Counted from the first letter of the stretch, positions 28,893 through 39,705 are shown. The stretch is DNA of 64,000 bases from Candidatus Bathyarchaeia archaeon (GCA_050010515.1 JBEKKX010000003.1:36902-100901), one strand, 5' to 3'. The notes: generated by a model from the sequence alone, not told the origin. Translations and numbers: made by a program.

Positions 28893-29086
28893 AGAGAGTA
28901 AAGAAAACAAGAAACAGCCCAACCTTAAGACCCCTTAACATAGCTAAGCCAAAGCTAATATCTTATATTAATCGCAAAATGAAATTTGGATCATTTACGT
29001 TTCCACATTAAGAGCTTCAGCACAGGCAACGGCTAGCTTTAAATCTTGTTTATTGCTTACTTTTTTTATATTTTAAGATATAACTG

Positions 29087-29659
29087 GTGGTTTCGGTGGA
29101 GAAACAAATTAAAATTCTGGCATTCGCTGGAAGCCTAAGAAAAGGCTCATACAACAAAGCCTTAGTCCGCGCTGCAGTGGAGGTTGCACCTGAAAACGTT
29201 GCGATGGAAGTTTTCGATTTAGAAGGCATTCCACCCTTCAACCAAGACAACGAGTACAACGCGCCATCGAAGGTTAAAGAGTTCAAGGAAAAAATCAGGA
29301 ACGCAGACGCGCTTTTGATTGCCACACCCGAATACAACTTTTCAATCCCCGGCGTCTTGAAGAACGCGTTTGATTGGGCTTCAAGACCCTACGAAGATGA
29401 CGCATTGAGAAATAAACCAGTCGCCATCATGAGTGCATCAACTGGAAGATTCGGTGGAGCCAGAGCACAATACATCCTGCGCCAATCGTTTATTTTCCAA
29501 AACATGTATACAGTTAACCAGCCCGAAGTCATGCTATCCAACGCCGCTGACAGCGTTGACGTAAACGGCAGATTAACCAATGAGCAAACAAGAATGCTGA
29601 TCAAGCAACTGATTGAAGCATTGGTTGCATTGACTAACAAGCTAAACTGTAAGTCATAA
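29087..29659 (+). CDS. NAD(P)H-dependent FMN reductase (ChrR-like)
   Basis: GSLRKGSYN and TPEYNFSIPGVLKNAFDW motifs. Confidence 0.93.
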   Translation: MVSVEKQIKILAFAGSLRKGSYNKALVRAAVEVAPENVAMEVFDLEGIPPFNQDNEYNAPSKVKEFKEKIRNADALLIATPEYNFSIPGVLKNAFDWASRPYEDDALRNKPVAIMSASTGRFGGARAQYILRQSFIFQNMYTVNQPEVMLSNAADSVDVNGRLTNEQTRMLIKQLIEALVALTNKLNCKS

Positions 29660-29743
29660 TAATTTTCATTAGCCTTTTTTCATCGTTGACTTAGCGAAGC
29701 CTTAAAATGGTTAAAGACCACGTTAGGGATTAGGCGCTAAACT

Positions 29744-31036
29744 TTGAAAGTCATAGCTGACCTGCACATTCATGGACGTTACAGTAGGGCAACAAGCGAG
29801 CAAATGTGCATAACTGAAATCGCTCGCTACTCAAAAATTAAAGGCTTAAACCTTGTAGGCACAGGCGACTTCACCCATCCCCAATGGCTCAAAGAAATCA
29901 AAGAAACCTTAACGCCTGAACCAGATACGGGTCTCTTTAAGTTAACGGGCAACGCGGAGTCCCCAGTTCGTTTTATGCTCACGACTGAAGTGTGCACTAT
30001 CTTCGATTATAAGGGCGAATCCAAAAAAGTTCACCACGTGATTCTAACGCCGAGCATGGAGACAGCTACGCAAATTAATGAGGCGCTTAAACGCTTTGGC
30101 GATTTATCCTCCGACGGCAGACCCATCCTAGACATGACTGCTCCACAGCTTGTCGAGCAAGTAATGGCTATTTCAAGCGGCAACATGATTTTTCCAGCAC
30201 ACGCTTGGACTCCGTGGTTTAGTGTTTTCGGAGCCTTTAGTGGCTTTGACAGCATGGAAGACTGTTACCAAGACATGACAAAGCATATTCACGCCTTAGA
30301 AACTGGTTTAAGCAGCGACTCACCAATGAACTGGCGCCTCAGCAAGCTTGACAGATTTGCACTTCTTTCCAACAGTGACTGCCATAGTTTTTGGCCATGG
30401 CGCATCGGCAGAGAAGCCAACGTTTTCCAACTCCAAAAATTCACTTACCAAGAAGTTACAGACGCAATAAAAAGCAATGATCCAGCAAGATTCAAGTTTA
30501 CTATTCAAGTTGACCCTGCTTATGGCAAGTATCATTGGACTGGACACCGCAACTGCAAAGTATCCCTCTCACCCCAAGAAGCCATAAAATTTGGCAATGT
30601 TTGTCCAGTTTGCCGCAGAAAACTAACCAAAGGCGTAGAGCAACGAGTTGAAGAACTTGCAGACCGACCCATAAACTTCAAACGTGAAGGCACACCAGGG
30701 TTTATGCGGTTGCTTCCACTCTCCGAAATAATCGCGGCAGCGTTAGGAACTGATTCGCCTTCGACGCAGGCCGTTTGGAAAAACTATAATTTGCTTGTTG
30801 AAAAATTCGGGGACGAGTACACTGTGCTGATTGATACGCCAATGGAAGCTCTGGTTAAAGTGGTGGATGCGCCGATTGCCGAAGCCGTCGTTAAAGTAAG
30901 AAACGGCAAAGTCAAGGTCACGCCAGGATATGATGGTGTTTATGGGCAACTTGTTTTAGGTGTTGATGCTCCAGCAGTTAAACCTAAGCCCGCACATGGA
31001 ACCGTTAAGCAGTTGAATATTGCTGATTTCTGGTAA
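29744..31036 (+). CDS. Endonuclease Q family protein (PHP domain + Zn finger)
   Basis: DLHIH..YSRATS, PAHAWTP, ETGLSSD, SNSDCH, GKYH, CPVC and PGYDG.YG motifs. Confidence 0.92.
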   Translation: MKVIADLHIHGRYSRATSEQMCITEIARYSKIKGLNLVGTGDFTHPQWLKEIKETLTPEPDTGLFKLTGNAESPVRFMLTTEVCTIFDYKGESKKVHHVILTPSMETATQINEALKRFGDLSSDGRPILDMTAPQLVEQVMAISSGNMIFPAHAWTPWFSVFGAFSGFDSMEDCYQDMTKHIHALETGLSSDSPMNWRLSKLDRFALLSNSDCHSFWPWRIGREANVFQLQKFTYQEVTDAIKSNDPARFKFTIQVDPAYGKYHWTGHRNCKVSLSPQEAIKFGNVCPVCRRKLTKGVEQRVEELADRPINFKREGTPGFMRLLPLSEIIAAALGTDSPSTQAVWKNYNLLVEKFGDEYTVLIDTPMEALVKVVDAPIAEAVVKVRNGKVKVTPGYDGVYGQLVLGVDAPAVKPKPAHGTVKQLNIADFW

Positions 31037-31154
31037 CTCACTTAAACTTTACAAAACTCTTGCTTTAAGATAGGGCGATATAGAGGCGAGCTGCTAAAGT
31101 TATGATTGCTTTCAAATTTATTAGTCAGATTAACATGTTTATGTTTGTGGTTTG

Positions 31155-31373
31155 ATGGCTAAGATTACATGTTTGGATGAGGACGACCGTAAACTCCTTA
31201 TTGAAACTAAGCACAAACTTGACGAAGCGACTAAGCTAATGGGTGAGCTTATGGAAACGATTGAGATTTTGAGCGACCCAAAAATGATGAAAGATATTCA
31301 GCAGGGGCTTGCAGACATTAAGGCTGGAAGAGTCAAGATGTTACGAACGCTTCTAAAAGAAGAAGCCCGTTGA
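31155..31373 (+). CDS. Antitoxin-like protein (Phd/RelB-type C-terminus) with no intact toxin downstream
   Basis: LMETIEILSDPKMMKDIQQGLADIKAGRV pattern. Confidence 0.65.
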   Translation: MAKITCLDEDDRKLLIETKHKLDEATKLMGELMETIEILSDPKMMKDIQQGLADIKAGRVKMLRTLLKEEAR

Positions 31374-31493
31374 AGTAATTATCAAAGCTTTTTTCCCTCA
31401 AGTCAGAACTTTAAACTATCCTAAAACAAAATGATTTAATTCCCTCAAATAATTCTAGTTAAAACGTTTAGCTATACAAAGGATAGATTACTC

Positions 31494-32879
31494 TTGAAAG
31501 ACCTTCTAACTAAAATCAATAACACAGCCACCCAAAAGTATGGAGCCCAGTACGCTGAAGCCCGAGCACAAAAACTGTTTAAAACAATGCTGACGCTCAA
31601 AGAGAAGCGCGTTGAAGCAGCGAAGCAGGGCATTGAAAACGGCGTTGCTTTGCGTGTGCTTGTAAATGGCGCGTGGGGCTTCGCTTCTGTTGGCTCATTT
31701 GACGGCGAAATTTTGGAAAGTGCTGTTTCAGATGCCTGCAAAATGGCTAAAATGGCAAGTTCACGGTTGAAAACGCCGATTAAGCTTGCCGAAGCTAAAG
31801 TGGTTAATGACCGCGTCGAGGCAAAACCGAAAAAGAACCCGGCAGATATTTTGATGGAGGATAAAATTAAAACTGCTTTGGCTGTAAACAAGACGAGTTT
31901 GGGTTTTGATAAGCGAGTGAAAAGTTGCACTATAGATTACTTTGATTTAACTGGAACCAGCTATTTTGTGAACAGCGATGGCACAAGCATTGAGCAGGAT
32001 AAAATGTATGTTTGGGCAAGAATAACTGCTTCAGCTTTAAACAAGGGTGTTTTCACTTTTAGTCGTGAAGAAATAGGCTCTACAGCAGGCTACGAAGTAT
32101 TCGACGAGCAAACTCCCGAAGCTTTAGGCGAAAAAGTTGCGAAACGCGCGATTGAACAGTTAAGTGCTAAATCGCTTAAAGGCGGAACATTCCCGGTTGT
32201 TTTAGGTCCAAACGTGGTGGGCGTTTTTGTTCACGAAGCGTTTGGGCATTTAGCTGAAGCTGATTTAGCTCTTTCGGGCGGTGTTTTAGCAAGTAACATG
32301 GGGAAAAAAATCGGTTCAAACTTGGTAACGTTTTATGATGATGGCACAATCGAGGGATCTTTTGGCGCTTTCAAATATGACGATGAAGGAGTCCAAACCC
32401 AGAAAACGCTGCTTATAAAAGACGGAGTAGTCGCTGGTTTGATGCATAACCGGCAAACAGCGCAAAGATTCAATGCTGAACCAACGGGTAATGCGAGGGC
32501 TGAAGATTTCCGTGTGGAACCAATCATCCGTATGCGCTGCACTTACATGGCGCCAAGAGACCATTCTTTTGAAGAATTAATCGAAAAAGTAAAGCAAGGA
32601 TATTACTTTAAGAGTTTTAGGGGTGGGCAAGCTAACCTTGACGGCACCTTCCAAGTTGGCATCCAAGAAGGCTACGAAATAATCAACGGAGAAATAGGCG
32701 CACCAGTACGCGACGCATCAATAAGCGGCAATACCCTTGAAACCTTGCATAAGATTGATGCTGTAGGGAAAGATTTCATGTTAGACCCGGGAAGGTGCGG
32801 GAAAGGCCAAACAGCCTTCATTTGTGATGGTGGACCGCATATTAGAATTAAAGAGGTGGTTGTTGGTGGCAGTGCTTAA
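31494..32879 (+). CDS. tldD: TldD metalloprotease
   Basis: HEAFGH..EAD, YDDEG, TGNAR, RM and CGKGQ motifs. Confidence 0.93.
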   Translation: MKDLLTKINNTATQKYGAQYAEARAQKLFKTMLTLKEKRVEAAKQGIENGVALRVLVNGAWGFASVGSFDGEILESAVSDACKMAKMASSRLKTPIKLAEAKVVNDRVEAKPKKNPADILMEDKIKTALAVNKTSLGFDKRVKSCTIDYFDLTGTSYFVNSDGTSIEQDKMYVWARITASALNKGVFTFSREEIGSTAGYEVFDEQTPEALGEKVAKRAIEQLSAKSLKGGTFPVVLGPNVVGVFVHEAFGHLAEADLALSGGVLASNMGKKIGSNLVTFYDDGTIEGSFGAFKYDDEGVQTQKTLLIKDGVVAGLMHNRQTAQRFNAEPTGNARAEDFRVEPIIRMRCTYMAPRDHSFEELIEKVKQGYYFKSFRGGQANLDGTFQVGIQEGYEIINGEIGAPVRDASISGNTLETLHKIDAVGKDFMLDPGRCGKGQTAFICDGGPHIRIKEVVVGGSA

Positions 32880-34230
32880 AAAAGATACCATGGTAAGTTT
32901 AGCGGAAAACGCGGTAAATGAAGCCTTGAAAAGTGGAGCCTCTGAAGCTGAAGCGTACGTTTACGAGGGGCAAGCAACAAACATCGGCATTGAACTGGGA
33001 CAAATCAGCAAAACCAACAGGATAATTGACCGAGGCGTAGGCATCCGCGTGGTCGCTAACAAAGCAGTAGGTTTTGCTTATACAAACATCCTTGATGACC
33101 AAAAAGCAGTTGAAAGCGTGATTCTTAGGGCTTTAAATGCTGCAAAAGCAAGCAAATCTGACGCAGATTGGAAGGGACTTCCGCAAAAGAAACCTTACGC
33201 TTCATTGGAAAAAACTTTTGATGATAAAATTGTTGAGCTTGGGTCAGAGGAGCTGGTTAATCTAGCTTCAACCATGTTGGACTCTGCTGGGCAAGTTGAT
33301 AAACGCGCTTTCCCCATCGAGGGTGGAATAGGCAGCGCTTACATCTCTAACGCCATCGCTAACTCAAACGGAATCTCAGGTTTCGATAAGGGAACGGTAA
33401 TTGAATGCAGTTTAGCGACGTTGGCCAAGGAAGGCAATGCAGTCACGCCAGTTTGTTTTGAATTCAACGCTTCAAGAAACTATGATATTGATCCAGTTTG
33501 GGTTGGAAAAGAAGCAGCGAAACTGGCTGTTTCAGCACTAAAAACTAAGTCAGTTGAAACCAAATCCACCAAGCTTATAATGACGCAGTTTGCATTGCAG
33601 GACCTCTTCGCTTACACGCTAGTTAACGCGGTTAGAGCCGATAGTGTTCAGAGGAATCAATCTCCGTTTAAAGGAAAAATCGGAGAAAAAGTCGCTTCAG
33701 AAAACCTTACAATTTACGACGACGGCTTATTCCCCGGCGGGCTCCGCACGATGGCTTTTGACGGCGAAGGAGTGCCTCATCAGAAGACAGCGGTCATAGA
33801 AAAAGGGGTTTTGCAAAATTTCCTGTATGATAACTATTCGGCAAAAAAAGAAGCAAAAGAGAGCACAGGGAACGCGGCAAGAGCAGGTTACCTGTCAACA
33901 CCCAGTATCGACACCACAAACTTCCACGTTATGCCAGGAAACAAAACATCCGAACAAATGCTAAGCGAAGTAGATGACGGCTTAATAATCTATTACCTAC
34001 AAGGCGCTCACAGCAGTAATCCTGTCAGCGGCGAATTCTCAGTTGTTGCAACTCCAGCTTGGAAAATCAAAAAAGGCGAAATAGTCCATTGCAGCCGAGG
34101 CGTAATGTTGGCAGGCAACATTTTTGAGGTACTGAAAAACGTGAGTTTGGTCGGTAGCAATGAGCGGCAGATGGGGCAGTTGATTTCTCCGTGGATTCAA
34201 GTTGAAAATGTGCGAGTGATTGGAAAATAG
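32866..34230 (+). CDS. pmbA: PmbA/TldE
   Basis: FDGEG, STGNA and SGEFS motifs; no HExxxH; overlaps tldD. The start is approximate. Confidence 0.9.
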   Translation: MAVLKKDTMVSLAENAVNEALKSGASEAEAYVYEGQATNIGIELGQISKTNRIIDRGVGIRVVANKAVGFAYTNILDDQKAVESVILRALNAAKASKSDADWKGLPQKKPYASLEKTFDDKIVELGSEELVNLASTMLDSAGQVDKRAFPIEGGIGSAYISNAIANSNGISGFDKGTVIECSLATLAKEGNAVTPVCFEFNASRNYDIDPVWVGKEAAKLAVSALKTKSVETKSTKLIMTQFALQDLFAYTLVNAVRADSVQRNQSPFKGKIGEKVASENLTIYDDGLFPGGLRTMAFDGEGVPHQKTAVIEKGVLQNFLYDNYSAKKEAKESTGNAARAGYLSTPSIDTTNFHVMPGNKTSEQMLSEVDDGLIIYYLQGAHSSNPVSGEFSVVATPAWKIKKGEIVHCSRGVMLAGNIFEVLKNVSLVGSNERQMGQLISPWIQVENVRVIGK

Positions 34231-34292
34231 CGTTGAGGTCAAGTTTTTTTTTGATTGCATAGTGAGAGAGGTACATCTCGCTTATAGGGCAA

Positions 34293-35498
34293 TTAAGCCC
34301 AAAAACTCTTTGAGCACTCGCCTAAAACGCCCTCGTATATAAGCTTGGTTTGCTGAGCGATTTTTTCCCAATCGTATTTTTCTTGAACTTTTCTGTAGGC
34401 GTTTTCTCTGAGATATTTTCGGTAGTTGTCATCAAGCAAAACCTTTGTTATCCCCCACGCTAAGGAATCAGGGTTATTCGGGTAAACTTTTACTCCTGTC
34501 ACGTCATGCTCAATGATTTCCGACAAACCGCCAGTGTCAGATGCAACTACTGGGCTTTTCGCTGCCATAGCTTCCAATGCGACGATTCCGAACGGTTCAA
34601 AAAGCGACGGCACAACGGACACATCAGCGCATTTTTGAAGTTTAAGCAAAGTTTGTTCATCCAGAAAGCCTTCGAAAAGAACTTTATGCTCAAGTCTCAT
34701 GCTGCGGACAATGTTTAACAGTTGCTCTTTCATGTAGCCGCTACCGACAATTATGAATTTAGCGTTAACTTTCTCCAAAATTTTGGGAGCGGCGTTAACT
34801 AATACGTGGATGCCTTTTTCGTAAACTAAGCGTCCTACAAAGAGCACTATTTTTTCTTCAGGCAAAGCAAACTTGCTTCGGAAATCCTTTAAATCACTGT
34901 CGATATCGTTATAACAAAGCGTGTTTACGCCATTAGGAACCATAACTAACTTATTGCTTGGAAGCCCGAAAGCCCATTTAACGTGTGAAATCATGTATTC
35001 ACTGCAGCAGATTACTCTCCAGGCTTCGTATGTTAGCCAAGCTTCAGTTTCATGAATCATTTTTTCAGTGCCAGTATGCAATCCATCTCTTCTACCTATC
35101 TCGGTTGAATGCATGGTTACCAGAAGGGGCTTTCGGAAAACATGTTTAAGTCCTATTCCGGCGTTTGCCACAAGCCAGTCATGAGCGTGAAAAACATCTA
35201 TTTTGTTTTCGATTTTTCTTGTTAATGCAGCTGTTTCCTTTTGCATGTTCAAGTTCATTAGATAAACCCATGTGGCGAAATCCGGCGCTGGATTCTTGTA
35301 AGAGTCAATGCGGTAAACTTCTACGCCATCAATTACTTCATGCGAGGGTGCACCTGGAAAATCGCAGGTTACCACATAAACCTTCACACCTTGCTTTGCT
35401 AAACTTTTTGATAAAAAGTAAACGTGCGGTGAAATTCCTCCGATTACTCTTGGCGGGAACTCCCAGCTGAGCATCATAACAGCTAAATCGTCTTTCAT
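34293..35498 (-). CDS. GT4-family glycosyltransferase (glycogen-synthase-like)
   Basis: WEFPP..GG, HAHDW and EPFGIVALEAM motifs. Confidence 0.9.
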   Translation of the reverse strand: MKDDLAVMMLSWEFPPRVIGGISPHVYFLSKSLAKQGVKVYVVTCDFPGAPSHEVIDGVEVYRIDSYKNPAPDFATWVYLMNLNMQKETAALTRKIENKIDVFHAHDWLVANAGIGLKHVFRKPLLVTMHSTEIGRRDGLHTGTEKMIHETEAWLTYEAWRVICCSEYMISHVKWAFGLPSNKLVMVPNGVNTLCYNDIDSDLKDFRSKFALPEEKIVLFVGRLVYEKGIHVLVNAAPKILEKVNAKFIIVGSGYMKEQLLNIVRSMRLEHKVLFEGFLDEQTLLKLQKCADVSVVPSLFEPFGIVALEAMAAKSPVVASDTGGLSEIIEHDVTGVKVYPNNPDSLAWGITKVLLDDNYRKYLRENAYRKVQEKYDWEKIAQQTKLIYEGVLGECSKSFWA

Positions 35499-36121
35499 TT
35501 GCTCTTTAAGCCTCCAGCCACGTTATTGTATAGTTTGAGGATTTCTTTTATCCAAGAATTTGAGGTTGGTGAGATAACTGCTATTTTTTCTTTGGGCACC
35601 TTGTAAATTCTAATGACCTCGTCACGCATCCACTCTGATTTAACGTTGATTTTTTCTGCCTCATAAAAACCTAACCATTCGATACTTTTAATCGCCATGC
35701 TATACGGTGTATTTACAGTTTGAGACCGATGATCCTCTAAACTTTCAACAGAATAAACAAACGGTATGCCAAGTCCGTTTTTCAATGTGACTGCTGCTGG
35801 AATAAAATGCCAGTCGTAAACATCCATGAGGTCAATTTGTTTGTTGGCTTGATAGTAAATGTTGGCTGCGGCTCTTTCAACTTCCTGGTTTAGTGTTAAA
35901 ACCCACGTTAAAACTCCAATATGAGTTCGAACAGGATTTGATACTCGGACTGTTTGTACTCCTGTCGGTTCTCGGGTTGAACCGGTTATAGAATCGTCAT
36001 AAGTTACAACGTTGACTTCCGCATTATTGGTGGCGAGTTGGGTTGATAAGGCTTTTACGTATTCTGAGAGTTTGCCTACCACTCTTGGTGGATACTCCCA
36101 TGAAAAAATAATGAGACGCAT
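35495..36121 (-). CDS. Stand-alone GT4 N-terminal (acceptor-side) domain protein
   Basis: WEYPPRVVG and YDW; aligns with the first half of 34293-35498; no EX7E domain. Confidence 0.8.
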   Translation of the reverse strand: MRLIIFSWEYPPRVVGKLSEYVKALSTQLATNNAEVNVVTYDDSITGSTREPTGVQTVRVSNPVRTHIGVLTWVLTLNQEVERAAANIYYQANKQIDLMDVYDWHFIPAAVTLKNGLGIPFVYSVESLEDHRSQTVNTPYSMAIKSIEWLGFYEAEKINVKSEWMRDEVIRIYKVPKEKIAVISPTSNSWIKEILKLYNNVAGGLKSK

Positions 36122-36128
36122 GATTCCA

Positions 36129-36380
36129 CTACGTGAAAAGCGAGCAGACCTTAATTATTCCTCTTCCAGTAAGATAGTACCTTTTTTTTCCTTCATTATC
36201 AACGAAGCTTTCAGCGAAGCCTTCTGACTTGTACCTATCCAAAATGCTCTCAATCTCGTTTGGGTCTTTCTGCATAAGCATAGCTACGTCGTCGCCTCTT
36301 CTTGCCAAATCAGCGGCTGTAGCGCATAAGTTATGCAGTGTTTGCAAAACTTTGTCTGGATATGGAAGTTCGTCTCTCAT
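36129..36380 (-). CDS. Small winged-helix protein
   Basis: DVAML..PNEIESIL..EGF..RYYLTGRG. Confidence 0.7.
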   Translation of the reverse strand: MRDELPYPDKVLQTLHNLCATAADLARRGDDVAMLMQKDPNEIESILDRYKSEGFAESFVDNEGKKRYYLTGRGIIKVCSLFT

Positions 36381-36446
36381 TTTTAACAGCACCGTACCGT
36401 CAATAAATAAGACGGCATTTCTTATAAACGCATGCGCGATAGTTTC

Positions 36447-37994
36447 TTAGAAAAGCTGGGTTGCATCCTGCATTTGCTTAATTAGGGCAATATAGCGTTT
36501 TTCTGCAAAATTAACTATTGTTTCTCTTAGTTTTTCCCCGTTTTCTTTTGAACCCTTTATTTCTTTGAGTTTGGATGCTAATTTTTGGTCTCTAAGCGAG
36601 TTTTGTGCCCAGCTTTCAAAGTCGCCGTTGCAAACGTGGAACTCGATGGCTTTTGAGTTAACTTCTTTGAGTGCTTTAATGAAACCTTTCAAGCTCCAAA
36701 CCATGATTCCGGTGTAATGTTCCTTTCCAACACCTGTGTAGAACAGAAAAGGCTCATTCGCCGTTAAAATTGCCATCCTAAGCCTAGCTTCAAAATCGTT
36801 TAGCAATGTTTGCGCTGCCACGAAAGCATCCATGGGCGATTCGAATGGGCTAAAGTAAGAGTGGACTTCTCCCGGTCCGCCGCCTGCAGTGAACATATAG
36901 TATAAGTGGTCGCTTGTTTGGAAGTCACGCCACAGCTTGAGAAATTCGCTGTCATCTGCCTCTTTTATGAATGGCTCCAATCGTCGCAATGTGGTATAGT
37001 ATGCCCATTGCATAACGTTGCCAAGCCACCCAGTTTGGTCTCTTTGGATATCTGCCCAGGAAACGGTGCCTCCTGCTTCCGGCACATCAATTTCTCCTGC
37101 TGACCTATGTCTATCTACCACTTCGGAAGGCGTAGCCATCTGCAAATGCTCAAACCTCAAAATCTCATCAGGAAGGTGCTGTAGGAAACTGTGGATGCCT
37201 GTTTCTGGCCAATGGTGTTCGCCGAAGGTTTCGTAGTCAGGGAAAATATTGATGCATTCGCCCGGTGTGCCTGCTAACCAACCTGCGTATTTATCCGCGG
37301 TTAGGGGCCATTCAGGCCACCACCTTGCTGAAAACCGAAAGCCAATATCGTCTGTTAATTTGTAGTTGCGGAGTAAAACGCGAATTTTTTTAGCGCCTTT
37401 TGAAGTGTAAATGTAGTTTGGGGATTTTTCGCCAAGAATTTTCTCCACGCCTTCAGTGTAGATGCCCTTGTAGCCTATGGATTCAACCGTTTTAGCTATG
37501 GTGTTATTGTAGAGAAGTTCAGTGTTCTCGAAAATGTTCGGTGTGTAACCTAGTAAATCTTTTACGGTTTGCCTGTGCATTTTTGCCTGTTCAATGAACT
37601 CTTCTTTGTCAGGATAAAGACTGGCGATTGAGTGATAGTAGGTTTGGTTTAGGAATTCCACGCGTCCAGTGGCGGCAAGTTGCTTGAAAGTTTCAAGGAG
37701 GTCTTGGTCAAACATTTCGCATTGCTCAAGGAACACTCCTGAAACGCTGAATGAGACTTTAACCTGCTTGCGCTCATGCTTGTGCTTATCTATCGAGTCA
37801 AGCAGTATCTGGTTTGAAGGAAAATAGCATTTGCGTGCAGCACGCTTGAAAATTTCCCTGTCAACCTCATTATCAAAATAGTAATTGAACAGTTCTTCTT
37901 TTTTCAAGCGCCTGAAAACTTTGCCTTCCCAAAACAAGCTCCGCCTTAGCCTATGCGGCTGATGAACCTCGAAAGTGAACACAACATCCGTCAT
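36447..37994 (-). CDS. GH57 alpha-amylase-type glycoside hydrolase with a C-terminal DUF5752-like domain
   Basis: EVHQP, QTYYHS, NTEL, DYETFGEH, SWAD and QTSDH motifs; C-terminal PFLFY..SL..F..IEFH..GDFESW. Confidence 0.92.
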   Translation of the reverse strand: MTDVVFTFEVHQPHRLRRSLFWEGKVFRRLKKEELFNYYFDNEVDREIFKRAARKCYFPSNQILLDSIDKHKHERKQVKVSFSVSGVFLEQCEMFDQDLLETFKQLAATGRVEFLNQTYYHSIASLYPDKEEFIEQAKMHRQTVKDLLGYTPNIFENTELLYNNTIAKTVESIGYKGIYTEGVEKILGEKSPNYIYTSKGAKKIRVLLRNYKLTDDIGFRFSARWWPEWPLTADKYAGWLAGTPGECINIFPDYETFGEHHWPETGIHSFLQHLPDEILRFEHLQMATPSEVVDRHRSAGEIDVPEAGGTVSWADIQRDQTGWLGNVMQWAYYTTLRRLEPFIKEADDSEFLKLWRDFQTSDHLYYMFTAGGGPGEVHSYFSPFESPMDAFVAAQTLLNDFEARLRMAILTANEPFLFYTGVGKEHYTGIMVWSLKGFIKALKEVNSKAIEFHVCNGDFESWAQNSLRDQKLASKLKEIKGSKENGEKLRETIVNFAEKRYIALIKQMQDATQLF

Positions 37995-38147
37995 AACTCT
38001 TCGCCTTAAACACACAATATCATAAGATACATTTATTTTTAATTTGCCATTTCTTTAACGGCGAAACGGCTGCATGCCCCGGTACAATAATGAGACTATT
38101 TCAACCATACCTGACGAAATAGAAAAAAGAAAAAAATCAAAGAATTG

Positions 38148-38351
38148 CTATTTTTTCTTCTCTTCTTTCTCTTTTGGCTTCGAACCGATTTCAACGCATA
38201 AAATGTTTACCTGATAGTTTTTGTCGCCAACCTGCATTTTGCCCTGAGCATGATAGCCTCTGCTTCCAGTCTTAAAATTCTTCTCACCACTCAAGATGAA
38301 AGTCTGTTTTGCACCTTTAAGTTGAATTGTTGCCATATCTACATCGCTCAT
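38148..38351 (-). CDS. Small basic hypothetical protein
   Basis: FKTGSRGY.A.GK..YQVN..IGSK with a Lys-rich tail; GGTGA RBS. Confidence 0.75.
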   Translation of the reverse strand: MSDVDMATIQLKGAKQTFILSGEKNFKTGSRGYHAQGKMQVGDKNYQVNILCVEIGSKPKEKEEKKK

Positions 38352-38631
38352 TTCAAAGTCACCAATGAAAATTAGACAGTGCTTTGTGCCTTTTCACCTT
38401 TTCGCTTTCACAATACTAATTTTTAGCTATGACCGGTTATTTTGCTTTTTTTCTTGAGCGGTGAAAATCTACCAAACAAAAAGTAGACCTCTATCTACAC
38501 TTTTGATGTAATTTTCAAGCAATAGTGCGCCTACCCTACCCTCTTTTTAAGCCTAATTTTCATAGCTAAAAGTGTCTACTCCACCTCTTGTATATCTTTT
38601 AAAAAACACTAAGACATATTCAAAGCAAAAA

Positions 38632-38655
38632 TGGTGTGGTCGCCAAGATTCGAGC
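38632..38655 (-). repeat. Degenerate copy of the tRNA-Gly 3' end (att-like remnant)
   Basis: tggtgtggtcgccaagattcgagc matches tggtgcggtcgccgggatttgaac (39410-39433) at 19/24 positions. Confidence 0.75.
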
Positions 38656-38757
38656 AGGAGTTTCCACTAACTAATTTTTGCTGGTCTGCTTTATCGCAAA
38701 AAGCATCTTGAGGGTTATGGGAAATGCTTTTTAGTATGACTGCATTTAAGTTTGACT

Positions 38758-38988
38758 ATGAATAAGTCGTCTCACATTCGAGTCAAACGGAAAGGGCAGG
38801 TTACTATTCCACTGGAGTTCAGGTCAAAGCTTGGCATAGAGGAGGGAGCCCTTCTGGAAATTAAAGAAGAAGAAGGCACAATTGTACTCAAACCTACCCC
38901 TCGATTGAAGGCAGGCAAAGTTGTGGGTGAAGAAGAGTATAAAAAAATTATCCGTGAACTTGATGAAGGCCGGAGAAACTGGCGTTGA
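38758..38988 (+). CDS. vapB: AbrB/MazE-type antitoxin
   Basis: KGQVTIP.EFR.KLGI.EG motif. Confidence 0.9.
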   Translation: MNKSSHIRVKRKGQVTIPLEFRSKLGIEEGALLEIKEEEGTIVLKPTPRLKAGKVVGEEEYKKIIRELDEGRRNWR

Positions 38989-39383
38989 CAAGCGTAGCTG
39001 ATACACGTCTTCTGCTTACCCTAGAGTTTCCGCCAAACGAGGATCTTGCGGCAAAGGCAGAGGATTTTGTTGAAAAAGAAACCGCAAGGCAGCTACTTGC
39101 GCCCTCCATTGTTATAACTGAATTCATTAAATATGCCGGAGCAAGAATTGGTGAAGATGCAGCTAGGACAAGGATAAGGCTACTCAAAGAGAAGGGATTA
39201 AGAATAATACCCATAGATGAAAAAGACGCACTAACTGCAGGAAGCCTTCTTCTTGCGCACCGAAACGTGCCCATTGCCGACGCCTTAATCGCTTCCTTTG
39301 TAAAAAACGGAGCAGCAGAATACGTGATTACAGATGACTTGCACTTTAAGACATTAGGTGTTAAAACTAAATGGATATACTAG
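38985..39383 (+). CDS. vapC: PIN-domain toxin
   Basis: ADT..E..ADALI..TDD acidic tetrad; 4-nt overlap with vapB. Confidence 0.9.
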   Translation: MTSVADTRLLLTLEFPPNEDLAAKAEDFVEKETARQLLAPSIVITEFIKYAGARIGEDAARTRIRLLKEKGLRIIPIDEKDALTAGSLLLAHRNVPIADALIASFVKNGAAEYVITDDLHFKTLGVKTKWIY

Positions 39384-39409
39384 TAAGCGGCAAACTGCAC
39401 AAGAGGAGT

Positions 39410-39488
39410 TGGTGCGGTCGCCGGGATTTGAACCCGGGATCATTAGCTTGGAAGGCTAATGTCCTAAACCAGACTAGACGACGACCGC
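39410..39488 (-). tRNA. tRNA-Gly(TCC), no intron, encoded CCA
   Basis: GCGGTCG/CGACCGC acceptor stem; TTAGC-CTTCCAA-GCTAA anticodon arm; CCGGG-TTCAAAT-CCCGG T-arm. Confidence 0.97.
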
Positions 39489-39705
39489 GCAAGATAAGTC
39501 CATATTCTTAGGCTTAATTTAAGTTTATCTGGGTTTAACATTATTTAGTTAAAGCTAGTTTGCTATTAGAAGCCTGTTAAATTGAGAATTTGTTAAAAAA
39601 AAATAGCGATTTTGCCGTTGAAATCTTGGTTCTGTAATAGAATAGTATATCTTGGTCTAGGCATGACTTTTAGATATAAAATTTTAAATTGATTAGGTAT
39701 CGAAA

